From the NCBI GenBank assembly GCA_041288095.1, contig JBGGMJ010000095.1, positions 1 to 31,337 of the forward strand: DNA of 31,337 nt, read 5' to 3'. Of this stretch, positions 9,892-18,233 are shown one piece after another (the first letter of the stretch is position 1; each line of letters begins with the position of its first letter). The notes beneath the pieces were generated by a model. It ran no database searches, was not told the DNA's origin, and saw only the letters and a list, made by a program, of their open reading frames with translations. This stretch comes from Myxococcota bacterium (lineage in GTDB: Bacteria; Myxococcota; XYA12-FULL-58-9; JALHOP01). Both the position numbers and the translations under genes were made by a program.

Positions 9892-10590
9892 CTAGTGCTG
9901 CGTCCGCAACCGCTGCCGCCGATCGAACAGCGTATCCCCCGGCCCATGCGTGCCATCGACTCGGTGCTTCATGCTGCGCCCGGTCTTCTTCGGTTCCACC
10001 CGCACCGGCGGATTCGGCGGGCCCTCGGCGAGCTCGATCAAATTGTCGCGCTGCGCGACATCGGCCGCGCGCGAGCGATGCCCCTCGATGGCTAGCTTCA
10101 CCCGCGCGATCTCCTCGGAGATGAACGTGCTCGGCCCAGCGCGCGTCACCCACGCGATGAGGTCGCCGATCGGCCCCAGCGGCATGCGGTAGTCGACCGC
10201 GAGCGCGACCTCGGTTGCTCTGCCCTCGTCGACGCTCTGGAAGACCACTTGCCCGACGTGCGGCACGTCCGAGGGGAGGGCGGTACGCCAACCGATGCGG
10301 CGCTCCGGATCCTCGACCGTGATCTCCGAGTTCCACATGAGCGTGACGCCGAACGGTCCACGCACGACCCAACGCGCGTGATGCGGATTGCGCACCTCGA
10401 TGGTGTCCGCGGCGCGGGTGGCCTTCTTGAAGTTGTGGAAGTCGCGCCAGAACGCGTAAACCTCCGCCGGCGGTTTCTCGATGCGGAAGGTGCGCTGGAA
10501 GTGCGTGGTCTTGCCGAAGGTGCCGGTGACTTTGTTGCCGACGGCGAGAAACAAACCCGCCAGGCGGTTTGCGAGAGAATCGGGCTTCAT
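9892..10590 (-). CDS. SRPBCC family (polyketide cyclase/dehydrase-like) protein
   Basis: IEKPPAEVYAFWRDFHNF, WNSEITVEDPERRIGWRT, HVGQVVF and TEVALAVDY. GGAG RBS upstream. Confidence 0.85.
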   Translation of the reverse strand: MKPDSLANRLAGLFLAVGNKVTGTFGKTTHFQRTFRIEKPPAEVYAFWRDFHNFKKATRAADTIEVRNPHHARWVVRGPFGVTLMWNSEITVEDPERRIGWRTALPSDVPHVGQVVFQSVDEGRATEVALAVDYRMPLGPIGDLIAWVTRAGPSTFISEEIARVKLAIEGHRSRAADVAQRDNLIELAEGPPNPPVRVEPKKTGRSMKHRVDGTHGPGDTLFDRRQRLRTQH

Positions 10591-10599
10591 CGTGGATCT

Positions 10600-10627
10600 C
10601 CGTTACTTTGCCCTAGGCTAGTAACGG
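10600..10627. promoter_or_regulatory. Inverted repeat CCGTTACT-N12-AGTAACGG adjoining the SRPBCC RBS
   Basis: Perfect 8-bp arms in the top6A-SRPBCC gap. Confidence 0.4.
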
Positions 10628-10652
10628 CCAACGATTTGGGAAGGCGCAATCG

Positions 10653-11822
10653 CTAGGGCAAGAACTTCGACACGTTCTTGAGCTTCTCCGGCAAGTACTT
10701 CTCGATCACGAAATTGAGGCCGTGCTTCGACAGCGCTTGTTGCTCGGCGCGCACGCCCATCTTCATGAGCTGCTCCATCGCCTTGGCCCAGCTCTTGTGC
10801 TCGGTGAAGAACGGGTCGTTCTTCAAGGCATCCTTGGCGCGCTTGATGTCGACCTCGCCCAAGACGTGCGTCGCATCCTTCAGATCCCAGTCGATGATGT
10901 CTTGTGGCGTGAGCCCCAGGTAGCGCGCGTTCGGCACGCAGAAGAATTTGTTGATGTGCGCCGCGTTACCCGAGCCGACCTTGAGGGTGCGGTAGATGTT
11001 CGAGATTCCGTAGGGGTCGCAGTCTGTAAAAGCGTACACCGGCAATTTCAGATCATCCGAGAGGCGGCGAATGAAGCGGCGGCAAGCGCGTGAGGGTACG
11101 CCACCCAACGACACGAGAATACATCCCGCCTTGCGCCAGTAGTTGTGCGACTGCAGGCGCTGGAACATACCGTGCGTTTCGATCGCCATGATGAACTTGG
11201 CGTTGCTGCGGAACTCCAGGTGCTCGACCCACGAGGGGACCGAGTAGGCCCCCGAGCCGAAGTTCGTGCAGTCGATCTCGATGCGGCGACCCGTCTCGAG
11301 GTCGCGGTCGACGACGACGAGCTCACCCGCGACCGCGCCACCGTGCTCCTGCGGCACGAAGCGCATCTCTTCACGCGATACGCCGTGCATCGAGAACATC
11401 GCCTCGATGTCGTCCATGACCGTGTCCGACTCGGGCTGCTCGTCGAACTTCGCTTCCTGCCAGTTCTTCGACTGGTAGTAGGCGTCTCGCTTGGTGGCGA
11501 AGTCGTTGCTCTGGATCAGCTCTTTCGAGAGCGACATCATGCGCAGGGTTTGCGCGAACGTCTTCACGGTGTTGACCGACAAGCTGCGTGTCTTCACGCT
11601 GCGGCCGATTTTGAAGAAGCCTTCCTTCTGGTTGTAATTGACGTTGGCCAGCGAGCGCACCGGCATCGCCAGGTCAGGCTTCTGTTCCTTCAGAATCGTC
11701 TTGTAGATGTCGGTCGCGACGTCATCGATCGCCTTGTTGGTGATCTTGTCCTTGCGAGCCTGATCTTCGCCGCGGGCCCGGCTGGTTGTCGACCCTTCGC
11801 TCTTCTTGGTCTTCTTCGCCAT
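10653..11822 (-). CDS. top6A: DNA topoisomerase VI subunit A (Spo11-like)
   Basis: TKRDAYY (catalytic Tyr region), FDEQPESD, TOPRIM Glu in AIETHGMF, DCDPYG, GSGNAAH and RAEQQAL. Directly downstream of top6B. Confidence 0.95.
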   Translation of the reverse strand: MAKKTKKSEGSTTSRARGEDQARKDKITNKAIDDVATDIYKTILKEQKPDLAMPVRSLANVNYNQKEGFFKIGRSVKTRSLSVNTVKTFAQTLRMMSLSKELIQSNDFATKRDAYYQSKNWQEAKFDEQPESDTVMDDIEAMFSMHGVSREEMRFVPQEHGGAVAGELVVVDRDLETGRRIEIDCTNFGSGAYSVPSWVEHLEFRSNAKFIMAIETHGMFQRLQSHNYWRKAGCILVSLGGVPSRACRRFIRRLSDDLKLPVYAFTDCDPYGISNIYRTLKVGSGNAAHINKFFCVPNARYLGLTPQDIIDWDLKDATHVLGEVDIKRAKDALKNDPFFTEHKSWAKAMEQLMKMGVRAEQQALSKHGLNFVIEKYLPEKLKNVSKFLP

Positions 11823-11834
11823 GGTGGGTCTCCG

Positions 11835-13898
11835 TTAGAGCTTTCGCGAACGCTCGAGAATGCCCGTGAGCTTCTCGATGGTCACTTCTTTTTGCGGATT
11901 GGATAGGCCGAGGATCTGCTGCAGAGCCTCGCCGATGTGCGGGATGTACTTCTGGATGTAGTTCGCCTTCTTGAGCTCGTCAGCGGCGCGGCGCTTGCGA
12001 CGGATGTGGCGTGACAAGCGGCGACCGCATTCCTGCAGCGCCGACTTGAGCTCGTTGATGATCTCGTCGTAGTGCGCCACCGCTTCCTTGGCCTCGCTCG
12101 TGAACGGCACCCAGACCGAAGCGATGTGCACCATGACCAACAACGGCCCGGTCGGCAGCGCGCCGCGTGATTGCTCGACGTCGTAGCCCTTCCAGTTGGT
12201 GCGCAACACCGACTGGGTCATGGCGCAGGCGCCCTGCTGGTAGAGCAGGGGCACGCGATTCGCGAAGCGCACGACTTGCGCCAGCTCATCGGCAGGCAGC
12301 TCGCCGCCCCAGGCGATCGCCGCTTCCACCTGGAAGGGATTGCCGCGGTAAACCTTGGGCGGGCGTGTGCACGCGGTCATGAAGGTCGGTTGGCCGAAGA
12401 TGTTGATCACGCCGGCGCGAATGGCGTCGGCTGCCGCTTCGTCCGCTCCGACGGTCAGGCTGAACTTCGCGAGCTCGGCATCGTCTTCGTCGTCGTCCGG
12501 CTTCACCTCGGTGACCGACGACAACGCCTCCTGGATCTTCTGCTCGGCGGCATCGGCGGCCGCCGCGGCGGCATCTTCGCTGCCGGCAGCGAGCGCTGCC
12601 TCGTCTTCGGCCTTCTTGCGCTGCCGCGTTTCCTCGGCGGCGAAGTGTTGCTGCACGAGCAACGCCTTCAGGCCCTCGATGAGCGACTCTTCGCCAATGG
12701 GCGCCAAGCAGTTGGTTGGCGGCGCCATGATCTTGGTCTCGGAGATCGCCTTGTAGATAGCCTCCGACTCCGCCTGCGTCACATCACGCGGCTTCTTGCG
12801 CGATGATACCTTGGCCTTACCGAGGATCTCTTGCGAGACGCTGCTGGTGACGCGCGAGAACTCCGACTGCAACAGGCCGGCGATGGTGCCTTCGGTCGAG
12901 CCCTGGAACAGGCGCATGAGGTGACCGAGCTCGACGCCGTACGGGTGCGGCTTGATCTCCTTGGCCTCGGGCGGCAGCTCTTCGGTGACCCGCGGATAGA
13001 CGAGCGGCGGCTTACCGGGGCGCCAGTACTCGAGCCGCAAGTGCGGGTTCGCGAAGGCCACCTGCTGGATGAACTCGTCGATGCCCTTCTTGCCGCCTTT
13101 GTAGGAGGCTTCCATCTCGATTGCGACTTCGGTGCCGTGATCCTTGTTGTCCCACTCGAACTCGTCCTCGTGGACGATCACCGGCTTGTTGGCGTTGGTG
13201 TCGATGCGCAGGTGGTAGTGGTAGGCGGGCTTCCCTCGCCCTGTCTTCGAGGTGACGACGACGGGCTTACCGGTGGTCAGCTGGCCGTACATGCCGGCGG
13301 CGCTGATGCCGATGCCTTGCTGGCCGCGCGACTGGCGCAAGCGGTGGAACTTCGAGCCGTACAACAGCTTGCCGAAGACCTTGGGGACCTGGGCTTTGAC
13401 GATGCCGGGGCCGTTGTCCTCGACGTGCATCTTGTAGCGGGTCTCGCTCTGCTGCTCGATGACCACCTTGATGTCGGGGAGGATGCCGGCCTCTTCGCAA
13501 GCGTCGAGGGAGTTGTCGACGGCCTCTTTGATCGAGGTGAGCAAGGCGCGCGCGGCGTTGTCGAAGCCGAGCAAGTGGCGATTCTTCGTGAAGAACTCGC
13601 TGATCGAGATCTCACGCTGCATCTCGCCCATTTTCTCGGCGGAGACGCGGGCGCGCTGGGTCTTCTTGGGCGCTTCTTCGGCGGGCGGCGCGGCCTTCTT
13701 GCCCTTGCGCGCCTCGAGGACGGCGGCTTCCGCTTCGGCGGTCAGGTCCACCTCGGGGGCGGCGGCAGGGGCGCGCTTGCCTTTGGCGGCGGTGGCTCCG
13801 AAGTCGAGGCTCTGCTGAGCGGCCGCTGCCTTCTTAGAAGACTTGGGCGCGGCTTTTGCCTTGGGGGCGGGGCGACGGGCGGCGGCTTTCTTGGCCAA
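11835..13898 (-). CDS. top6B: DNA topoisomerase VI subunit B (GHKL ATPase)
   Basis: [60 protein letters not shown] and [12 protein letters not shown] start with GGAGG RBS. Confidence 0.96.
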   Translation of the reverse strand: MAKKAAARRPAPKAKAAPKSSKKAAAAQQSLDFGATAAKGKRAPAAAPEVDLTAEAEAAVLEARKGKKAAPPAEEAPKKTQRARVSAEKMGEMQREISISEFFTKNRHLLGFDNAARALLTSIKEAVDNSLDACEEAGILPDIKVVIEQQSETRYKMHVEDNGPGIVKAQVPKVFGKLLYGSKFHRLRQSRGQQGIGISAAGMYGQLTTGKPVVVTSKTGRGKPAYHYHLRIDTNANKPVIVHEDEFEWDNKDHGTEVAIEMEASYKGGKKGIDEFIQQVAFANPHLRLEYWRPGKPPLVYPRVTEELPPEAKEIKPHPYGVELGHLMRLFQGSTEGTIAGLLQSEFSRVTSSVSQEILGKAKVSSRKKPRDVTQAESEAIYKAISETKIMAPPTNCLAPIGEESLIEGLKALLVQQHFAAEETRQRKKAEDEAALAAGSEDAAAAAADAAEQKIQEALSSVTEVKPDDDEDDAELAKFSLTVGADEAAADAIRAGVINIFGQPTFMTACTRPPKVYRGNPFQVEAAIAWGGELPADELAQVVRFANRVPLLYQQGACAMTQSVLRTNWKGYDVEQSRGALPTGPLLVMVHIASVWVPFTSEAKEAVAHYDEIINELKSALQECGRRLSRHIRRKRRAADELKKANYIQKYIPHIGEALQQILGLSNPQKEVTIEKLTGILERSRKL

Positions 13899-14004
13899 GG
13901 TGCGGGACCTCCAAAAAGTCGGCTAACGGGCCGATTAGCTGTACCGGCGGATCCCGTCAACACATTGCTGTACGCACGTTCAGATTTCGGATCGCGGGAA
14001 GATC

Positions 14005-15204
14005 GTGGTTTGCGCCACTCAAGCCGTGCCCAAACAGACCTTCGCCAACTTCATCGCCCCCGAAACGCTCGTCGATATCGTGCGCAACACGGCGCCATTT
14101 CTCTACGACCGCGACGTCCTGGAGATCACGCCGACCTATTCCGACGAGCGCTTGCGCTTCACCTTGGAGGAGACGCCGTACTGGCGCATTGTCCGCAATA
14201 GCGGTGATATCAAGAGCACGCCGAAGCCAAACGAGCAGGAATGGGTGCGATACTTCGAGCTTTGCGTCGGCGCGCACTTCTCCACGGTCGCGACCTTCGT
14301 GCCGTCGGACGTCGACACCAAGATTCGCAATCACCTCTGGTTCGATCGCAAGCTGTCGCGCGACGGGCTGACGGCGATGAAGAACATCGCGCTCGCCACC
14401 GATCATTGGGACGTACGCGCGGTCACGCAGAGCTGGGTACCCGACAAGGACGGCCGCTCGCTTTCGGGCCATGACGGCGAGAAGCTGTCGATCCTCACCG
14501 CCGGCATGCAGGCGCTCACGAACGCCGGCGATACCCAGGGCTCGGACGAGCTCGAAGCGTGCGCGTTCCGCCAAGTGGAGCGCGAGTCCGAGGCCTTTCT
14601 GACCCTCGTCGACACCAAGGGGCGCGAGCGCGATCTGCTCATGCTCGCCGCCGTCATCACGCACAACGCCGGCGACATCGATCAAGGTTTCTCCGTCGGC
14701 CATCCGCACCCGGCGCGGGAGAAAATCGGCCGCCTGGCTCACGAGCGCTCGGAGCGCTTCGGCGGTGCCTACGCTATCGCGGCCAAGCTCTACCGCGACC
14801 TGCTGGCCGCCGAAGGACACCGCAATTATCACCTGCGCGCCATGCGTGAGCTGCGCGCCGATCCCGATCTCATGAAGCCGCCGAGCCCCTATCTGGACCC
14901 ATGGGGCGACCGCCTCGCCCGGCGCCAGGGCTGGAACAGCCGCGACAAGGCCCTCGTGCTTCAGGGCTTGATGGAGGCCTGCGCCCGCGTGCGCGGACAG
15001 GTCGCATACTACCGCGCCATCGCCGGCATGAACGCGGCGGTCAGCGGCGGTGTCGAGCAGCTCGCCAAGGAGCTCAGCGTCAACGCGCGCAAGACCCTCA
15101 AAGAGCCCCAGTTCCAACGCGCGCTGCAAACGAGTAGAGAGCAGTTCGAAGGTGACCTGGCGCGACGGGCTAGGGCGGCGTTACCAAGCCGCGCCAACGT
15201 GTGA
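14005..15204 (+). CDS. Hypothetical protein with His/Asp/Glu-rich motif-like segments
   Basis: 399-aa ORF with GC-biased third positions, first of three tightly spaced + genes. True start may be the GTG at 14026. Confidence 0.75.
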   Translation: MVCATQAVPKQTFANFIAPETLVDIVRNTAPFLYDRDVLEITPTYSDERLRFTLEETPYWRIVRNSGDIKSTPKPNEQEWVRYFELCVGAHFSTVATFVPSDVDTKIRNHLWFDRKLSRDGLTAMKNIALATDHWDVRAVTQSWVPDKDGRSLSGHDGEKLSILTAGMQALTNAGDTQGSDELEACAFRQVERESEAFLTLVDTKGRERDLLMLAAVITHNAGDIDQGFSVGHPHPAREKIGRLAHERSERFGGAYAIAAKLYRDLLAAEGHRNYHLRAMRELRADPDLMKPPSPYLDPWGDRLARRQGWNSRDKALVLQGLMEACARVRGQVAYYRAIAGMNAAVSGGVEQLAKELSVNARKTLKEPQFQRALQTSREQFEGDLARRARAALPSRANV

Positions 15205-15210
15205 GAACCC

Positions 15211-15837
15211 ATGGGACGTGAAGCACGCTGTCGTGTCCGTTTTGGCGGTACGAACCAGGTCGTCGACGTCTATCTCGAATCCACCCACCTCGAGCTCCGC
15301 ACCGATCCGCCGCGGAAGCTGCCCCTCGCCGGCATGAAGATCGCGAGCATCGAAGGCGGCTGGCTCACCCTCGCGACCAGCACCGGCCCGATGGCCCTCG
15401 AGCTCGGGGATCAAGCCGCCAAGTGGGGACGCTCGATCGCCAATCCCAAGACCCGCATGGACAAGCTCGGCATCACCAAGGGCGCCCGCGTCTGCCTCGT
15501 CGGCTTCGAGGACCCAGCCTTCGAGGAAGAGCTCGGTACCCGCGGTACCAGCGTTACGCGCAAGCCCAAGGGCCAAGAGACCATCATGTTCTTCACGGCC
15601 TACACGCCGCGCGATCTCGGCCACCTCGCGGAATTGCGCGAACAGCTCCACGATGACGGGGCGCTCTGGCTGATTCGCGAGAAGGGCAAGGACACCTTGG
15701 TCACCGAAGCGGCTTCGCGCGAAGCGGCCATCGCCGCGGGGCTCGTCGACGTCAAAGTGGTGAGCTTCGACGAGACGCGGAGCGCCGAGAAGTACGTGAT
15801 TCCGCTGGCGCAACGGACCCCAAAGCCCTCCCGATAA
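15211..15837 (+). CDS. DUF3052-like protein with an extra N-terminal domain
   Basis: DKLGITKG...GALWLIREKG...AAIAAGLVDVKVVSFDETRSA resembles DUF3052-type proteins. Confidence 0.6.
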   Translation: MGREARCRVRFGGTNQVVDVYLESTHLELRTDPPRKLPLAGMKIASIEGGWLTLATSTGPMALELGDQAAKWGRSIANPKTRMDKLGITKGARVCLVGFEDPAFEEELGTRGTSVTRKPKGQETIMFFTAYTPRDLGHLAELREQLHDDGALWLIREKGKDTLVTEAASREAAIAAGLVDVKVVSFDETRSAEKYVIPLAQRTPKPSR

Positions 15838-15839
15838 CC
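15808..15839 (+). promoter_or_regulatory. Candidate sigma28-like promoter GCGCAACGG-N13-CCCGATAACC
   Basis: CCGATAA matches the FliA -10 core (GCCGATAA) and ends 8 nt before the ATG at 15846. The same motif precedes the GH16 gene. It includes the upstream gene's TAA stop. Confidence 0.4.
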
Positions 15840-15845
15840 CCCGCG

Positions 15846-17078
15846 ATGCAAATCGCGCCCGCACCCTGGGGGAGCCTCGCCCAAATTGGCGGCACCCTCC
15901 GCGACCTCGACGACGTTCGCGGCGATCGCGACGGCGTTTGGAGCCGGGCGGATAGCCATGCGCCGAGCGCGCGCTTCTACGAAAACCCCCTCGTCAATCG
16001 CATCGCGCGCTTCTTCGACGTTGGCTTGTCGAGCGGCGCGGCCATCGCCAAGCTCGAGGCGATGGTCGCTGGCGCCCGCGCGGCATTCGGCGGTGCCCTC
16101 ACGACCCTCTCGCCCGCGGAGCTCGGATCCTTCCAGCTCTTCGAGGCACAGAAGGCCATTCAGCTCGCGCGCCTCGACCGCTCCCCGAGCGAGCTGCGCG
16201 ACTTCTTCGTCGATGCCGCCGGCAAGGTCGAAGGCGGCCCTGACATTCCCGCGCGCCGTGTCTTCTGCCAGCACCTCACGCCACGCGGCACGCCGTCAGG
16301 AAAGGTGATCGTCTACTCGCCGTACTTTCAGGGCACGGGCCGGAGCGCTTACGAGCAGGCGCGGGTGCTGGCGGACAAGGGCCATCACGTCGTGCTGATG
16401 GACCACCAATGGGTCGGCCACACCATCGGTGACAAGCGCGGCGGCTACGACTCCGGCCACGGGCTTGCCCGCGACGTCGCGGCGGTGTGCGCGAAAGCGG
16501 CCGAGCTGGGGGAGGTGATGCTCCTCGGTAGCAGCATGGGTGGCGCGGCGGCTCTCATGGCCAAGCACTTGAACGATACCGGCAAGATGAAGCTCGAAGG
16601 CCGGCAAATGCCGGTCGGCGTCGACGCGGTGTTACAGGCACCGTACCTCGGAACGACCAAATCCCTCTTGAACGCGACCCTCAGGCTCGCGAGCCGCATC
16701 CCGTTCATCAAGAATCTGCCGCTCCCGGCGATGGGCATCCCCAGATTCGTCTTCGGGACCGTGCCGACCCTCAAGACCTCGCAAGACGCCGTGCTCGAGA
16801 ACGCGCACGCGTGCTTGTCCGCGATCACGGGCGCCGACGACCACGTGGGTGCCGCTACCGCCGAGATGAAGGCGGCGGGCAAGGTGCTCGGGCGGATCGT
16901 CGTCATCCACGGCCGACAGGATCCGTTGGCGAGCTTCCAGGCCAGTAAAGCCTTGGTCTCAGCGCTAGGTGAAAGCGCGCGTCTGGTCACGCTCGATACC
17001 AAGCAGCACGTCTTCGAGCACGACTCGCAGTTTCAGTCGCTGGCCATCGATGCGCTCCACGAGCTTGCTCGGCGCTAA
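15846..17078 (+). CDS. Alpha/beta hydrolase (lysophospholipase/monoglyceride lipase-like) with N-terminal extension
   Basis: Nucleophile elbow GSSMGG, IHGRQDPL (Asp) and KQHVFEH (His), with MDHQWVGHT upstream. About 130 aa precede the fold. Confidence 0.85.
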   Translation: MQIAPAPWGSLAQIGGTLRDLDDVRGDRDGVWSRADSHAPSARFYENPLVNRIARFFDVGLSSGAAIAKLEAMVAGARAAFGGALTTLSPAELGSFQLFEAQKAIQLARLDRSPSELRDFFVDAAGKVEGGPDIPARRVFCQHLTPRGTPSGKVIVYSPYFQGTGRSAYEQARVLADKGHHVVLMDHQWVGHTIGDKRGGYDSGHGLARDVAAVCAKAAELGEVMLLGSSMGGAAALMAKHLNDTGKMKLEGRQMPVGVDAVLQAPYLGTTKSLLNATLRLASRIPFIKNLPLPAMGIPRFVFGTVPTLKTSQDAVLENAHACLSAITGADDHVGAATAEMKAAGKVLGRIVVIHGRQDPLASFQASKALVSALGESARLVTLDTKQHVFEHDSQFQSLAIDALHELARR

Positions 17079-17695
17079 CCCCTGATCGCAGCGTCGCGGC
17101 CGAGCTCGCGCCACAGCTCCTTCACGACCCGTCGGGTTCGTGCCAGGCGTCCGCTATTGTCGATGACCCAGGTCGCCTTCTTGCTCTTGGTGTCGAGTGG
17201 CATCTGCGAGGCGACGCGAGCCTTGGCGTCGGCCTCGGTGATCTTGGCGCGTTCCATCAGCCGCGCGACTTGCAGGTCACGTGGCACCCAGACGACGATG
17301 ACGCCGTCCATGCCCTTCTCGAGGCCGTTCTCGTAGAGCAGCGGTACGTCATAGAAGACGGTGGTGACGCCTTCGGCCGCCAAGGCATCGACGCGCTCTT
17401 TGAAGGCCGCGGCGACGGCCGGGTGGGTGAGGGCGTTGAGCTGCCGGCGCTGGCCTTCGTCGTTGAAGACGATCTTGCCGAGCGCCGCGCGGTCGAGGGT
17501 GCCGTCCGCCGCGACCACTCCCGGAAAGCGCTTGCCGATGGCGGTCGCGAGGGCGCTTGGCGCTCCTCCCACGGGTGCGACCAACTCGTGATAGATCGCG
17601 TCCGCGTCGAGGACGTGGGCCCCGAGGTCGGTGAGCATCGCGTGCACCGTCGATTTGCCGCTGGCGATGCCGCCGGTAAGCCCGATAATCCGCAT
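17075..17695 (-). CDS. coaE: Dephospho-CoA kinase
   Basis: IIGLTGGIASGKST, LDAD, LDRAALG, THPAV, DVPLLYE, SQMPL and IDNSG. Confidence 0.96.
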   Translation of the reverse strand: MRIIGLTGGIASGKSTVHAMLTDLGAHVLDADAIYHELVAPVGGAPSALATAIGKRFPGVVAADGTLDRAALGKIVFNDEGQRRQLNALTHPAVAAAFKERVDALAAEGVTTVFYDVPLLYENGLEKGMDGVIVVWVPRDLQVARLMERAKITEADAKARVASQMPLDTKSKKATWVIDNSGRLARTRRVVKELWRELGRDAAIRG

Positions 17696-17737
17696 TGCCT
17701 TGACAATACGACGGTTCGCAGGGTTTACGCACCCGCC

Positions 17738-18220
17738 GTGTCAGGCGAAGCACACAAGCGCGCGCAGCGGGTTGGCCAGCTCGTTCAAAAAGAGCTCGCG
17801 CAGATGCTCGTCAACGAGCTCAAGGACCCGCGCATCGGCTTCGCGACGGTCACCGAAGTCCGCATGACCGACGACCTCAAGATCGCCCGTGTCTACGTGT
17901 CGGTCTACGGTGACGACAAGGTGCGTGAGGACACGCTGCTCGGTTTACGCGCCGCCGCCGGCTTCATGCGCCGCGAGATCGCCAATCGCCTCGACCTGCG
18001 CAGCGCCCCGACCCTGAGCTTCCAGACCGATGCGACGCTCGAAAAAGCCTCGCGCATCGACGCGCTTCTGTCCGCCGCGGCGGACGGCAAGATCGACCTT
18101 CCCGATCACATCGACCTGGCCCCGGTGCCGGTGCAGTCGCTCCGCAGTGAAAAGCCCGCGGCTCGTCCAAGCCGCAACCCCGCCCGCAAGAAAGGCGCCG
18201 GCAAGCGTCGGTCCCGTTAA
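17738..18220 (+). CDS. rbfA: 30S ribosome-binding factor RbfA with a basic C-terminal tail
   Basis: RAQRVGQLVQKELA, KDPRIGFATVTEVRMTDDLKIARVYVS and LRSAPTLSF. GTG start at 17738, directly upstream of truB. Confidence 0.93.
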   Translation: MSGEAHKRAQRVGQLVQKELAQMLVNELKDPRIGFATVTEVRMTDDLKIARVYVSVYGDDKVREDTLLGLRAAAGFMRREIANRLDLRSAPTLSFQTDATLEKASRIDALLSAAADGKIDLPDHIDLAPVPVQSLRSEKPAARPSRNPARKKGAGKRRSR

Positions 18221-18233
18221 GAGAGCTCCCACC

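Noticed and set aside
9821..10372. 184-aa N-terminal extension on the P450, as a possible fusion
   Set aside because: It overlaps the SRPBCC gene in another frame, and a better ATG with an RBS exists at 9820.
12400..12660. Top6B insertion as a possible intein
   Set aside because: No Cys/Ser start with His-Asn end, short, and low complexity.
13910..13962. TTGACG box and a weak hairpin with a U-run upstream of top6B
   Set aside because: The -10 at 17-bp spacing (TAATCG) is poor and the stem is weak, so neither a promoter nor an attenuator can be called.
12831..15129. Long ORFs 12831-14201 (+) and 13957-15129 (-)
   Set aside because: Antisense shadows of top6B and the 14005 gene, typical of high-GC DNA.
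17681..17688. CCCGATAA upstream of rbfA as another sigma28-like site
   Set aside because: It is explained by the coaE Ile-Ile-Gly codons on the other strand, has no CAAC at the right spacing, and lies about 50 nt from the start.
17270..17737. Long N-terminal extension of the rbfA ORF
   Set aside because: It is antisense to coaE; RbfA similarity begins at the GTG at 17738.
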